Below are positions 1 to 10,591 of a stretch of DNA of 64,000 nt, piece by piece. Both the position numbers and the translations under genes were made by a program. The stretch covers positions 288,001 through 352,000 of the forward strand of contig CAWVVV010000001.1 of NCBI GenBank assembly GCA_963933835.1, given 5' to 3'. This DNA comes from an uncultured Puniceicoccaceae bacterium. Lineage in GTDB: Bacteria; Verrucomicrobiota; Verrucomicrobiia; Opitutales; Oceanipulchritudinaceae. The first letter of the stretch is position 1, and each line of letters opens with the position of its first letter. The notes under the pieces are model-generated. The model saw only the letters and a list, made by a program, of their open reading frames with translations, ran no database searches and was not told where the DNA came from.

Positions 1-597
1 GCCTTCGTCCCATGGAATCTCTGGAATCAATCCCAGTGCCTCCAATCGATTGGCCTGCGCCGCTTCTTTGGGATCCACCCACTGTGCGCTATCGAGAGGG
101 ACTTGAGCGGGTTGTGGGATAGAGTTCTTTAGCACAGCCTTTGAGAAGGGCGTGAAAACCTTATACGGACCGCCAGACTGAGAAGCGATTTCCCAGGGTT
201 CAATAAGCAGACTCGCATTAAAACTCTTCACTTCGACTCCATCATCACGGAGCCCAGCTTTGATGTCGCTGTCTTGCTCAATATGATGGAGGGCGTATCG
301 CCGATTCCAATATACGGCATCCGCATTATAGCGTTGAACAAGCTCGCGCAGAACAACACTCGGCTCTCCAGATAAAACCTGAAGAGTGCTCTGCCGCTTG
401 ACTAATGACTCGATGAGATCGTTCAGGGCGTGGTGTAACCACCAACGGCTCGCACCACCCATCGCCCACGGGTGTTTCTCGCCCGAGTCAAAAATATAGA
501 CTGGCAGAACAGCGCCTCGCACTATCGCTGCGGCGAGGGCTGGATTATCTTCGAGCCGGAGATCTTGCCGAAACCATAGTATTGTAACTGAAGACAC
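1..597 (-). CDS. phrB: Deoxyribodipyrimidine photolyase (cryptochrome/photolyase family), 5' part; runs off the left edge
   Basis: Manual translation from GTG at 597 gives MSSVTILWFRQDLRLEDNPALAAAIVRGAVLPVYIFD..., the typical photolyase N-terminus (WFRxDLRLxDNPAL). Missing from the ORF track because it is open-ended. Confidence 0.88.
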   Translation of the reverse strand, partial: MSSVTILWFRQDLRLEDNPALAAAIVRGAVLPVYIFDSGEKHPWAMGGASRWWLHHALNDLIESLVKRQSTLQVLSGEPSVVLRELVQRYNADAVYWNRRYALHHIEQDSDIKAGLRDDGVEVKSFNASLLIEPWEIASQSGGPYKVFTPFSKAVLKNSIPQPAQVPLDSAQWVDPKEAAQANRLEALGLIPEIPWDEG

Positions 598-651
598 CGA
601 GAACGTTTACGGCACGTTAATCTAAAATGCAAATGGGATTCTTTATGGGTC

Positions 652-683
652 AAAAAGAAACCGCCCGGACGAATCCGGGCGGT
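652..683 (-). terminator. Intrinsic terminator downstream of cysK
   Basis: ACCGCCCGGA-cgaa-TCCGGGCGGT hairpin, followed on the minus strand by TTCTTTTT. Confidence 0.75.
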
Positions 684-749
684 ATTATTGTCTACTTTTG
701 ACTTATCTTCCTGTGATCGACAGCGACGACGAGACAGGTAAAAATCTAT

Positions 750-1718
750 TTATAAGGAAGCAACTTCTAGACTAGTTACTTTCTCACGAATCGCGGCGGC
801 AAGCGGGGTGCTGAGATAGCGCTCCGATGGGCTAGCACCGATTGTCACGATCGTCTTGCCGGCAAACTCCGGCATCTTAGCAACTTGCATCGCTGCCCAA
901 ACATTGGCGCCGGTTGAAATTCCACCGCTAATGCCATCCGTTTGGGAGAGCTTCTGAGCCGTCTCGAAAGCGTCTTCGTTGCTCACCTTCACAACATCAT
1001 CGATGATCGACGTGTTGCAGTTCCCAGGGATGAAGCCGGCGCCGATACCTTGAATTTTATGTGGGCCGGAGGCACCACCACTGATGACCGCGCTCCCTTC
1101 CGGCTCTACTGCAAAGACCTTGAAATCAGGCTTACGCGCTTTGATAACTTCGCCAACACCCGTGATGGTTCCACCCGTTCCAACACCCGCTACGAACGCA
1201 TCGACGTTACCACCTGTCGCACTCCAAATTTCTTCGGCGGTGGTGGTGCGGTGAACTTCAGGGTTAGCTGGATTATCGAACTGGGATGGGTTGAAAGCTT
1301 TGTCGCCGTATTCTTCCATCAATTGGCCAGCCTTCGCAATCGCGCCTGGCATGCCCTTTGCCCCAGGGGTCAGAACGATCTCTGCTCCGAGCATTCCGAG
1401 GAGAATGCGTCGCTCGAGGGACATCGTCTCTGGCATCGTGAGGATGCAGCGATAACCTTTACCGGCACAAACAAAAGCCAGCCCGATCCCTGTGTTACCA
1501 GAGGTCGGCTCGATGACAACAGAACCCGGCTTGAGCTGACCGTCGGCCTCTGCCGTTTCAATCATCGCACGGGCAATGCGATCCTTCACACTCCCGAGCG
1601 GGTTGAACCACTCAGCTTTGATATAGATCGTCGCAGGCAAATCTTTCGCGATTGCGTTCAGTTTAATCAGCGGCGTGTTGCCGACGGTTTCGATGATATT
1701 GGATGCGAGCAAACTCAT
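750..1718 (-). CDS. cysK: Cysteine synthase A (O-acetylserine sulfhydrylase)
   Basis: NPLGSVKDRIA PLP-lysine motif; EPTSGNTGIG; GTGGT; PHKIQGIGAGF. Confidence 0.96.
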   Translation of the reverse strand: MSLLASNIIETVGNTPLIKLNAIAKDLPATIYIKAEWFNPLGSVKDRIARAMIETAEADGQLKPGSVVIEPTSGNTGIGLAFVCAGKGYRCILTMPETMSLERRILLGMLGAEIVLTPGAKGMPGAIAKAGQLMEEYGDKAFNPSQFDNPANPEVHRTTTAEEIWSATGGNVDAFVAGVGTGGTITGVGEVIKARKPDFKVFAVEPEGSAVISGGASGPHKIQGIGAGFIPGNCNTSIIDDVVKVSNEDAFETAQKLSQTDGISGGISTGANVWAAMQVAKMPEFAGKTIVTIGASPSERYLSTPLAAAIREKVTSLEVASL

Positions 1719-1838
1719 AGTTGCAGGGGTGTTTTGGGATTCAAGTTAAACGCTAATATTAACGCTCAATCGAAGCAGCGCGCAACTTGAAAGATCAATT
1801 AATGCCTAATGCCACAAAGGCTGAAAGGCAGACCAGAA

Positions 1839-2114
1839 CTAGCGGCGCTTACGCGGGCCGAAACTACGGATCGGCGCATTCGCGTTCATCGACTTCTTCC
1901 GCAAGCGGTAGACGATGCGTGCTTTATCGAGATCACGCGGGGTCATCTCCATTTTGACTGTATCACCGACTGTGATTTTGATGAAGTGCTTGCGGAGCTT
2001 ACCTGAGATGTGAGCCAACACTTGGTGGCCATTCTCAAGCTCAACGCGGAACATTGTCCCTGGTAAAACAGCAACAATCTTGCCTTCAATCTGTACAATA
2101 TCGGAATCAGTCAT
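1839..2114 (-). CDS. infA: Translation initiation factor IF-1 with basic C-terminal tail
   Basis: [39 protein letters not shown]; start placed at ATG 2114. Confidence 0.95.
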   Translation of the reverse strand: MTDSDIVQIEGKIVAVLPGTMFRVELENGHQVLAHISGKLRKHFIKITVGDTVKMEMTPRDLDKARIVYRLRKKSMNANAPIRSFGPRKRR

Positions 2115-2182
2115 AGTAAGCACTAGAGACGAAGTCTCAAAAAGCGGGTAAAAACAGGCTATGAGCCGCTTTAGGTCAAGTT

Positions 2183-4300
2183 CTAATCCTGCGCCAGCTG
2201 GAGCGGGAATACGGTCTGATTACCTGATTCATCGAGAGCTTCGAAGACAATCGAGAGCGATCCTTCAACCTCCGTCGCAAGCCGAAGCGCAAACAGCTCT
2301 AAGATGTCGTCGAAAAGTCCGTCGACCGGGCGCAGTGAAATGGGTTCGGCGCCATCGACGGTGATCTGCGCAGCGACCAACCGACTCACATCGCTCTCAA
2401 CCCTAAAGCTCACCACCCCATCTTCAAATCCGACATACTCAATCACAGGCGGGGTCGTATCGAGACGAACAAGTTCACTCACAAGCTCTGCGCTAAGAGC
2501 ATCGGCGGTCGCGTTTGTCATCTCGTCCGACGCAACGACCTTGAAGCGGTATTCACCGGGCTCAAATCCCGCTGCATTGAAGAGGAAGGTTGGCTGCGAA
2601 AGATCGCGGGCTAGCAATGTCCAAGAATCCTCGCCGACGCGCTGAACTGAAACATCGAATCTCAGTTCATCACCATTGGGGTCGTTCACCATCCAGACAA
2701 CGGTGCGAAAAGTCAGTTCCGGACGGCGCTCTAGTTTAAATCGATCACTGCCGCGGTTAGCTGGGCTCTTATTGTTCTCTTTAAAAACCGTCGAAAGGTC
2801 AAAAATCTGCGGTGAGCTCGAACTCGCACGTGCTTCTGCCCCGTAATCGAGCACTCGCAGTTGAGTGAACACAGGTGCCGCATTTGGCGAAGTGTGGAAC
2901 AATCGTGCACGTAAAAACAACGCTTCGGAGTCAGCTGGAAGGTTTAGCCGATACTGCGCATAACGCCCAGCGGGGCTAGCGATATGATTTCCTTCCAAGG
3001 TCTTCCAATCGCTCCACGTCGAATCAGGTTCATCGGTTAGACCTGTGCGCGTCGCGATCGTTGCCTCTCCCTCTCTCGCAAAAGACGCCTCAAGCCTCCC
3101 CCATCGCACCGACCGCTGGGCATCCATCACGTCTGAGGTAAAAGTGGAAGCATCACTTGATTGCCCGCCGAGCTGGTAAATCGCAGCCGGATTACTCGTG
3201 AAAATGTAGAAAGGTGCGGTATCACCTGCGCCGCGCTGAATAACGCTGATCTCGCCACCATTCGGGACTTGGTGAAGGAGGCCCCACTCGTGCCTAGTTG
3301 AAAATGTATACAAGCGACCCTTGTCATTCGTCCCCAGCAGCCAGTGCTCGCTGTTAATAGGTGAAAGAGAAAACACAGACCCAGCAGCTGAACGCCACTC
3401 TGGACGCGCAAAGCCATCTTGCCCGACGCGCACGAGAAAGCCTTGGCCTGCACCATCCGCAAACAATCGCTGGCTTTGACTCTCAGCTTTCACCTCAAAC
3501 GGAGGCAACTCACCTTTGTCGTTCGGCACCTGTGGTTTCTTTGGCGCGGGTTTGTCCGAATAAGTGGATACAAGGAGTGTATCGCCCGACTGAGCTACCT
3601 GACGAATTTCCTTTTCGTCCGACTTGTATACCGCCCGGGCTTCGTCAGGGCTCGACACTGCATAGACAACACCCCGTGGACTACTACCGAGCAGCCACTC
3701 TTCGCCTCGTCTCAAGAGACTCGTGAAATGTTCATCCTTTGAGCTAAACCAAACCTCGGAATCCGTATCGTCATCGCCAAGTGGAAGGCGTATGAGTTGC
3801 GCTGGAAACCCTGTCGCAATCCAGAGGACGTTGTCCACAATTTTAAGATCCCAGATGTATACTGAGTCCGGATCGTAGAAAAGCTCAGGCTTGCCACCTG
3901 AAATGGGCAAGCGATAGATCGCTCCCTTAGGTGACGTAGCGACATAAAGGTCTCCCACATCATCAAAGACTAATCCGCGCGAAATCAATGAGCCGGGCTC
4001 AAAAAGCACCTCCAACTCACCATCGAGGCTCAACTTGAGGACTCGGCCCTTGTTGCCTGTTCCAATCACGAAGCCACCATCCGGCGCGGGAGTCACCTGC
4101 CAGATCGAGGTGTCGTCTAGGCTAGCGAGCTCGATCAGATTCGGCGCAGTTCCGAGCTCTCCGGAGCGTGAGAGTGATATGTTCTTCAGTTCTCCGGAGA
4201 TAAAGTCCTGGTAGCCCTCGTCGACCAATACGCCGGTTTGCACTGCAACGAGCGGAGTAAAGATGAGGGTCGTAAGTAAAAATCCAATACAGATTCGCAT
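2183..4300 (-). CDS. Secreted 705-aa protein: predicted beta-propeller repeats plus C-terminal FN3/Ig-like domains
   Basis: Signal-peptide-like N-terminus; repeated 'lyvaT.p.G.iyr' blades; DPNGD.L.F.V and [14 protein letters not shown]3-like motifs; 4 bp downstream of the S55 gene. Confidence 0.65.
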   Translation of the reverse strand: MRICIGFLLTTLIFTPLVAVQTGVLVDEGYQDFISGELKNISLSRSGELGTAPNLIELASLDDTSIWQVTPAPDGGFVIGTGNKGRVLKLSLDGELEVLFEPGSLISRGLVFDDVGDLYVATSPKGAIYRLPISGGKPELFYDPDSVYIWDLKIVDNVLWIATGFPAQLIRLPLGDDDTDSEVWFSSKDEHFTSLLRRGEEWLLGSSPRGVVYAVSSPDEARAVYKSDEKEIRQVAQSGDTLLVSTYSDKPAPKKPQVPNDKGELPPFEVKAESQSQRLFADGAGQGFLVRVGQDGFARPEWRSAAGSVFSLSPINSEHWLLGTNDKGRLYTFSTRHEWGLLHQVPNGGEISVIQRGAGDTAPFYIFTSNPAAIYQLGGQSSDASTFTSDVMDAQRSVRWGRLEASFAREGEATIATRTGLTDEPDSTWSDWKTLEGNHIASPAGRYAQYRLNLPADSEALFLRARLFHTSPNAAPVFTQLRVLDYGAEARASSSSPQIFDLSTVFKENNKSPANRGSDRFKLERRPELTFRTVVWMVNDPNGDELRFDVSVQRVGEDSWTLLARDLSQPTFLFNAAGFEPGEYRFKVVASDEMTNATADALSAELVSELVRLDTTPPVIEYVGFEDGVVSFRVESDVSRLVAAQITVDGAEPISLRPVDGLFDDILELFALRLATEVEGSLSIVFEALDESGNQTVFPLQLAQD

Positions 4301-4304
4301 GTGC

Positions 4305-6062
4305 TTATTCTAAAGTAATAACAAAAATGTCCTGCCCTAAGAAAATGCCTTCAACCGGCAAACGAGTTTCCCACCATATATGGGAGCCTCCCGGTGTCAT
4401 AACAAAATTACTCGCTTCCGAAGCGAAAGTTGAGGCGAAAGACGGCGGGAGCCCAGGCAACCGTTGCCCATCGATTCCCGGCGACAGCCTTTGTTCGCCT
4501 ATAAACACATAAACGTAGCCCTGAGGACGCGTATCAGCCCATGCTTCCAGCAGATCGCCAACGCCATCAGCACTCCGGCGCTGAGAGGCCGCGATCCGAT
4601 TCGCACCCTCGGCATCAGCCACCGTCACGAGCAATTTTTGACCGGAGCGAAAGTCTTCGGGTATCGGAATTTCAATACGCCGCTGCGAAGCGTTCCCCCT
4701 ATAGTCATGAAGATCCAGAATGAGCCCTAAAGGCTCTCCTGCACGCGGACTCGCATCCACCTGCCGCACAGCTCGTAGGATGGATGCTTTCAGCCCTTCC
4801 TTGGCCTCAAGTTGCATCTCGATCGAGGCAACTTCGAGCTGCTCAAAGGGGTTATTCAAAAGCATGTTGAGTCGACCGTAGATCTCTTGCGCGAGGGCAT
4901 TGGCGCCCTCACTTCCCACGCTACGGGACTCCCACTGAAGTTCCTCTCCATCCGATAAGACAAGCCTAGCCTGTAGGCGGAAGCTCTGCTCTTCTTCTTT
5001 GAAAAGGCTCCGAGAACTCGCCTCGATCACCGTCATCGCCGACAGCACCGGCAAAAAGCGCGCGTCTGGCCAAATCTCGGCATTAAAATCTACCGGAGGC
5101 AACTCACCTGGGATGAGCCGCAGCGAGAGATCTGCCATTTCGGGCACCTCGCCAAGCCGTCCAGCCACACCCGTCAGCCGGTCCTGAAAGAGACTGCCCT
5201 CCGCAGGGCCGATGTTGGCCAGCTTGAAAGAGCTCTTAAGGTTGCGCACCACGGTAATAATGTCCGCCCCTGCCATTGGCATGTCGATCGAGCCCGACTG
5301 TAGAAAAGGATGCCCAAAAGCCAAAAGCTGATCACCATCGGTCCATGTGATTGTGCCCGTCGCAGCGGCCTGAAAGTCGCCTTGCATCAGGACACCCGCC
5401 ACCGCAGCGCCAGGGCGTAGATCGAGCGAAATGTCGTCACCTGCTCCGACCGGGCCAGCCGCAGGGACAAAGCCGAGATCCTCCAGTTCAGTTCGAAAGG
5501 CTTCGATCGAAGCGCTCCCAAAGCCCGCTAGCATCATCGGCGACGGCACCGCTTCGAGTCGCGCAGATCCAAACACACCTGCACTTGCGCGCGAAATGAG
5601 TTTCGAACGCGTCCTCGTAGAAATCGAATTACTTTCGTCTTCCTCAAAATCAAGGATCTCGAGCATCTTCTCGATCGGAGTGATACCGATCAAAGCCTGC
5701 TCTTTAGGCCAAATATAGCCGTAAGCGTAGGCGCCCACGATTCGGCCATCGATGAAAACCGGGCTGCCACTCATCCCCGCAACGGGGCCACTAAGAATGT
5801 GCTCTGCATCGAGTGCTTCAGCCAGGATCACAGGTTGCCCTGGTCCAGCGAAGTTATCCACCACGCCGAGAATCTTGAGCTTGAATTCCCGAATTTCGTC
5901 GCCTTGCACAACTGTTCTCCAGATGCCCGATTGTCCTTTCTCTACCTCAGAGAGCGGAAAAATCTCATTTACCCGCTCGCCATCCTGCGCTCCGAGGAGC
6001 CCGCTCAAGAGCAACACACCAGTAAGAAAGCTACCTAATCTCATTTTGGGGAAAACAAACAT
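4305..6062 (-). CDS. SpoIVB-like serine peptidase (S55 domain), secreted
   Basis: GPVAGMSGSPVFIDGRIVGA (SpoIVB catalytic Ser motif) and LLAFGHP; N-terminal signal peptide. Confidence 0.8.
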   Translation of the reverse strand: MFVFPKMRLGSFLTGVLLLSGLLGAQDGERVNEIFPLSEVEKGQSGIWRTVVQGDEIREFKLKILGVVDNFAGPGQPVILAEALDAEHILSGPVAGMSGSPVFIDGRIVGAYAYGYIWPKEQALIGITPIEKMLEILDFEEDESNSISTRTRSKLISRASAGVFGSARLEAVPSPMMLAGFGSASIEAFRTELEDLGFVPAAGPVGAGDDISLDLRPGAAVAGVLMQGDFQAAATGTITWTDGDQLLAFGHPFLQSGSIDMPMAGADIITVVRNLKSSFKLANIGPAEGSLFQDRLTGVAGRLGEVPEMADLSLRLIPGELPPVDFNAEIWPDARFLPVLSAMTVIEASSRSLFKEEEQSFRLQARLVLSDGEELQWESRSVGSEGANALAQEIYGRLNMLLNNPFEQLEVASIEMQLEAKEGLKASILRAVRQVDASPRAGEPLGLILDLHDYRGNASQRRIEIPIPEDFRSGQKLLVTVADAEGANRIAASQRRSADGVGDLLEAWADTRPQGYVYVFIGEQRLSPGIDGQRLPGLPPSFASTFASEASNFVMTPGGSHIWWETRLPVEGIFLGQDIFVITLE

Positions 6063-6209
6063 ATCTGAATAATCGACCAGCCTTGGCTAGTTAACGTAAC
6101 AAAAGCCCATTCCCTTAGCTAAGACAAGGTTACGAAGGAAAAAACATCTAGGACGCCCCCTAGGATTAACCTTGGCGGTCAGATCAAGCCGAACATCTTC
6201 AAAGCCACT

Positions 6210-6896
6210 GTGAGTGACCCCTTATACGATGCCGACCTGATCAAATTCCTCCAAAGCTTCGTAACTGAAGCCCGCCGGGAAAAGATCGAGCGTGTCCTCG
6301 CAGCGCGAACCGACCGTGTCAGGGTCGTGGTGGAAGACCTTTACCAGCCCCACAATGCCAGTGCTGTGATGCGCTCATGCGAATGCTTTGGCGTGCAAAA
6401 CATGCACATCATCGAAAACCGGAACACCTTCGCTCCAAACAACGAGATCTCCCTCGGCTCTGCACAGTGGCTAAGTCTCCACCGCCACCGCGAAAAGGAT
6501 GCCGATAATACGCGGCAGTGTCTCACCGACCTTAAAAAGCAAGGCTTCACGATCGTCGCCACAGCCCTCCGCGAGGACTCTATTGAACTCGACGACGTCC
6601 CTACCGATCAACCCGTTGCGCTCCTTTTTGGAACCGAAGCGGAGGGACTCTCCGAAACCGCCCTAGAGCTCGCTGATAAGACGATGCGCATCCCAATGTT
6701 TGGTTTTACGCAGAGCTTCAACATTTCCGTTAGCGCCGCGATTTGCCTTTCCAGCCTCGTTAACCGAGTCCGTAAAGAGCGCGACGATTGGGCCCTCGAC
6801 GAAGCCACCCTTCAACGTCTGCGCAGCGACTGGATTCGGAAGTCTCTGAAAACCCCCGAAGCGCTCATTCGCCGATACGAGGAAGATAATGCGTAA
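6210..6896 (+). CDS. trmH: SpoU/TrmH-family tRNA (guanosine-2'-O)-methyltransferase
   Basis: EDLYQPHNASAVMRSCECFG, LFGTEAEGLS and IPMFGFTQSFNISVSAA SPOUT motifs. Confidence 0.88.
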   Translation: MSDPLYDADLIKFLQSFVTEARREKIERVLAARTDRVRVVVEDLYQPHNASAVMRSCECFGVQNMHIIENRNTFAPNNEISLGSAQWLSLHRHREKDADNTRQCLTDLKKQGFTIVATALREDSIELDDVPTDQPVALLFGTEAEGLSETALELADKTMRIPMFGFTQSFNISVSAAICLSSLVNRVRKERDDWALDEATLQRLRSDWIRKSLKTPEALIRRYEEDNA

Positions 6897-6971
6897 TCCA
6901 AATTCAAGCTGAAGCTAGAGAAGGGTTAGGTTTGAGGTCGACAATCCAACAGAAACAAGGCACTTCAATCC

Positions 6972-7373
6972 ATGCCCTTAAAGGATCCAGAGGCGCAAAT
7001 GAGGGAGACCACCCATGGCCCATTAGTGGTTATCGGAGCGCTGGTTACAATTCCACTCGCGTGGGTCATTGGGCTGTGGTGGTTTTCCTCCTTTCATACT
7101 GATAAGAAGAAACAGGCGGAAGACAATGGCCTGCACTGGCCCCTTTGGACAATCGCTACGCTCGTTGCGACTAGTATAGCGCTCTTTTTGGGTCTTGGAT
7201 CGATTTTGAAAGATGCCACCTCCCATGGCCAAAGCACTGATCTGATCACTCTCGTCCTTCCTCATTTTTTCGAGCATACTTTAGGCTACTTCGTCGTTCC
7301 TTTTACGGCAATTTGGACTGCCAGCATGATCCTCTGGCTCCACCTCAGAGCACACCGTAACACTCAAACTTAG
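6972..7373 (+). CDS. Hypothetical membrane protein (about 3 TM segments)
   Basis: ORF fills the intergenic space; three hydrophobic stretches. Confidence 0.55.
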   Translation: MPLKDPEAQMRETTHGPLVVIGALVTIPLAWVIGLWWFSSFHTDKKKQAEDNGLHWPLWTIATLVATSIALFLGLGSILKDATSHGQSTDLITLVLPHFFEHTLGYFVVPFTAIWTASMILWLHLRAHRNTQT

Positions 7374-7375
7374 CT

Positions 7376-7906
7376 CTATCCAGCCTCAGGATCGACGATC
7401 AGCGTGTCCGCCGGAACTTTCAGCTCTAAAGACTGACCCAGAAACTCGAGAAGAATCGCCACCCGCTCACTCCCTGGGACCATTCCAGTAACCACGGCGC
7501 TCCACTCTTTGAACGGGCCTTCAACAATCGCAACTGGTTGCCCAGGTTTAAGAACGACCTCTAGCTCTTCTTGGATATCATCCTCCAAACTGGTGCGAAG
7601 CTCTTCGATAAAACGGTCCGAAATCTGTGGAACATTATCACCATAGCAAACAAGTCCAGTGATTCCTGCCGTCGCCATAATGCGGCGAAAATTCGTCTTC
7701 AAATCGGTATGCACAAACACATATCCAGGAAACAGCGCCTCGACAAATTTCACTGCGCCGCGCCGCGCCTTCTTCGTATAACGTAAGCGCGGGCTAAAAG
7801 CATCCGTCACTTCCAATCTCTGTAACAGCTGAGCAGCCAAGTGCTCCTTTTTGGGAGAAGCCTTCAACGCATACCATCCAAGGTCACAATCGTAGAGGTT
7901 CGGCAT
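7376..7906 (-). CDS. RfaH/UpxY-like NusG paralog (transcription antiterminator)
   Basis: WYALKASPKKE...EALFPGYVFV NGN domain; PGQPVAIVEGPF..ERVAILLEFLG KOW domain resembling RfaH. Confidence 0.85.
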   Translation of the reverse strand: MPNLYDCDLGWYALKASPKKEHLAAQLLQRLEVTDAFSPRLRYTKKARRGAVKFVEALFPGYVFVHTDLKTNFRRIMATAGITGLVCYGDNVPQISDRFIEELRTSLEDDIQEELEVVLKPGQPVAIVEGPFKEWSAVVTGMVPGSERVAILLEFLGQSLELKVPADTLIVDPEAG

Positions 7907-8025
7907 AAGCTAGAGGGTTTTTTGATTTGTATAGAATCAGCGTCAAGCCCTTCTCCCAAATCAATCGGATGCTTCATTGACGAGGCAAACGTCTCCCCTC
8001 ACCGTCGCACCTTTCATTTTTAGCT

Positions 8026-10590
8026 ATGTCAACTGAGTTCAAGCCGTATAACCCCTCCGAGATCGAAGCCAAATGGCAGGCGATTTGGGAGAAAGATGGC
8101 ACCTTCGAAACAGAAGGTGTTTCCGCAAAACCGAAATTCTACATTCTCGACATGTTTCCCTACCCTTCGGGCGCTGGGCTGCACGCCGGTCATGCGGAGA
8201 ACTTCACTGGCAGCGACGTCCTCGGACGCTACAAAATGGCTCAGGGCTTCAACGTTCTCCATCCGATGGGCTGGGACGCTTTTGGCCTACCCGCCGAACA
8301 ATACGCCGTTAAGACAGGGACCCACCCCTCGGAGACTACAGCGACAAACATCGGCAACTTCCGTCGTCAGCTCAAAGACCTCGGCTATGCCATCGACTGG
8401 TCGCGTGAGGTTAACACGACTGATCCACAATACTACCGCTGGACGCAGTGGATCTTTGTCCAACTTTTCAAACACGGCCTCGCCTACGTCGATGAACGCC
8501 CGGTGAACTGGTGTCCCGAGCTCGGCACCGTCCTCGCCAATGAAGAAGTGGTCGACGGCAAAAGCGAAGTCGGCGGTCATCCCGTGGAACGCAAAGCACT
8601 CCGCCAATGGGTTCTTCGCATTACCGCTTACGGCGATAAACTCCTCGATGGTCTCAAAACCCTGGACTGGCCAACCTCGACCAAAACCCAGCAAACGAAC
8701 TGGATTGGCCGCAGTTCCGGCGCCGAAGTCGATTTCAAACTCGAAGGCCACGACGAAACCGTCCGCGTTTACACCACTCGCCCCGACACTCTCTTTGGCG
8801 TCACTTACATGGTGATCGCACCCGAGCATCCCCTCGTGGACAGCCTGACAGTAGCTGAGCAAAAGGATGCCGTCGAAGCCTACGTCAAAGCAGCCTCACT
8901 CAAGAGCGACCTCGACCGCACTGAACTAGCGAAAGAAAAAACTGGTGTCTTTTCCGGTTCTTATGCACTTCACCCAATCACCGGCGAACGCCTCCCAGTC
9001 TGGATCGCAGACTACGTGCTAACCAGCTATGGCACCGGCGCGATTATGGCCGTTCCCGGACAAGACGAACGCGACTGGGAATTTGCTGAAACCTTTGACC
9101 TGCCGATCAAGCGGACTGTCCAACCACCCGAAGGGTTTGAGGGCAAAGCCTACTCAGGTGAAGGTCCTGCAATCAACAGTGATTTCCTCGATGGACTCGA
9201 GATCGCCGGAGCAAAAGCTAAGATGATCGCCCACCTTGAAGAGCAGAAAATGGGCGTCCCAAAGATCAACTACAAACTCCGCGACTGGCTGTTCAGTCGC
9301 CAACGTTACTGGGGCGAACCGTTCCCGATTGTCTGGGTCGATGAAAGCGCTTACAAAGCCGCAAAGTCAGCAGGAGGAAATGTTGCGGAGATGCTCCCTC
9401 AAGAGCCCGTCACCTACAAAGAGAACGGTCGATCACTCTACGCCCTACCCGTCCCTCCTAATCAATTACCGGTCACTCTTCCTCCCTCAGAAAATTTCAA
9501 GCCTTCTGGAGATGGACAAAGTCCTTTGGCCAACCTGACCGACTGGGTAGAAGTCTACTACAATACTGCAACAGGCGAAACCGCCTCTGAAGCGACAGGC
9601 CCAGAGTGGGTTTCCGCCAAACGCGAGACGAACACGATGCCGCAGTGGGCTGGCAGCTGCTGGTATTACCTGCGCTACCTCGATCCTAAGAACGAAACAG
9701 CCATCATCGACCCTGAGATCCGCGACTACTGGGGCGTGCCAGACTTCTATATGGGCGGACGCGAACACGCGGTTCTCCACCTCCTCTACGCCCGCTTTTG
9801 GCACCTATTCCTCGTCGACATCGGTGTCCTCAAAGAAGCTGAGCCTTTCACCCGCCTTTTCCACCAAGGGATCATTCTCGGCGAAGACGGCGAAAAAATG
9901 TCTAAAAGCCGAGGCAACGTCGCTAACCCCGATGATTTTCTTCAGACCCACGGCGCCGACGCCTTCCGAACCTATCTCATGTTCATGGGGCCGCTCGAGG
10001 ATTCCAAGCCATGGAAAACAGAAGGCCTCGAAGGTCCGTTCCGTTTTATCAAAAAGGTCTGGCGAGAATTCACCGGCGAATCTAATGGCCTGTCATCAAA
10101 GATCCATGAGCATGGAAAAGAAACTTCCGAGACGCTCAAACAGCTTCATCTCACGATCAAAAAGGTAACGGAAGACATAGAAGCGATCCGTTACAATACG
10201 GCGATCTCTGCTTTGATGATTTGCGTCAATCACCTTGGGAAAGCAGAATCAGTTCACCGGGAAACCGCTTCCACCTTTATTCAACTCCTCGCACCCTTTG
10301 CTCCGCACCTCGCCGAAGAACTTTGGTCGCGCCTCGGGAACAAGGGATCAGTCACCGTCGCGCCATGGCCGAAGCACGATGAATCGCTCCTCGTTTCCAG
10401 CGAAGTTTCGATTGGCGTCCTCATCAACGGCAAGGCCCGTGGCCAGCTGACAGTCAGCAAGACGACAACTCAGGACGAAGCGCTTGATCTGGCCAAAGCT
10501 CAGCCAAAAGTTGCAGCGCACCTCGAAGGGAAAACAATCCGCAAGATCATCTACGTTCCTGGGAAAATCCTCAACCTCGTTGTAGGATAG
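8026..10590 (+). CDS. leuS: Leucine--tRNA ligase
   Basis: [36 protein letters not shown] editing domain, [14 protein letters not shown]. Confidence 0.97.
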   Translation: MSTEFKPYNPSEIEAKWQAIWEKDGTFETEGVSAKPKFYILDMFPYPSGAGLHAGHAENFTGSDVLGRYKMAQGFNVLHPMGWDAFGLPAEQYAVKTGTHPSETTATNIGNFRRQLKDLGYAIDWSREVNTTDPQYYRWTQWIFVQLFKHGLAYVDERPVNWCPELGTVLANEEVVDGKSEVGGHPVERKALRQWVLRITAYGDKLLDGLKTLDWPTSTKTQQTNWIGRSSGAEVDFKLEGHDETVRVYTTRPDTLFGVTYMVIAPEHPLVDSLTVAEQKDAVEAYVKAASLKSDLDRTELAKEKTGVFSGSYALHPITGERLPVWIADYVLTSYGTGAIMAVPGQDERDWEFAETFDLPIKRTVQPPEGFEGKAYSGEGPAINSDFLDGLEIAGAKAKMIAHLEEQKMGVPKINYKLRDWLFSRQRYWGEPFPIVWVDESAYKAAKSAGGNVAEMLPQEPVTYKENGRSLYALPVPPNQLPVTLPPSENFKPSGDGQSPLANLTDWVEVYYNTATGETASEATGPEWVSAKRETNTMPQWAGSCWYYLRYLDPKNETAIIDPEIRDYWGVPDFYMGGREHAVLHLLYARFWHLFLVDIGVLKEAEPFTRLFHQGIILGEDGEKMSKSRGNVANPDDFLQTHGADAFRTYLMFMGPLEDSKPWKTEGLEGPFRFIKKVWREFTGESNGLSSKIHEHGKETSETLKQLHLTIKKVTEDIEAIRYNTAISALMICVNHLGKAESVHRETASTFIQLLAPFAPHLAEELWSRLGNKGSVTVAPWPKHDESLLVSSEVSIGVLINGKARGQLTVSKTTTQDEALDLAKAQPKVAAHLEGKTIRKIIYVPGKILNLVVG

Positions 10591-10591
10591 C

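Noticed and set aside
942..1790. 282-aa plus-strand ORF over cysK
   Set aside because: Antisense shadow of an unambiguous cysK.
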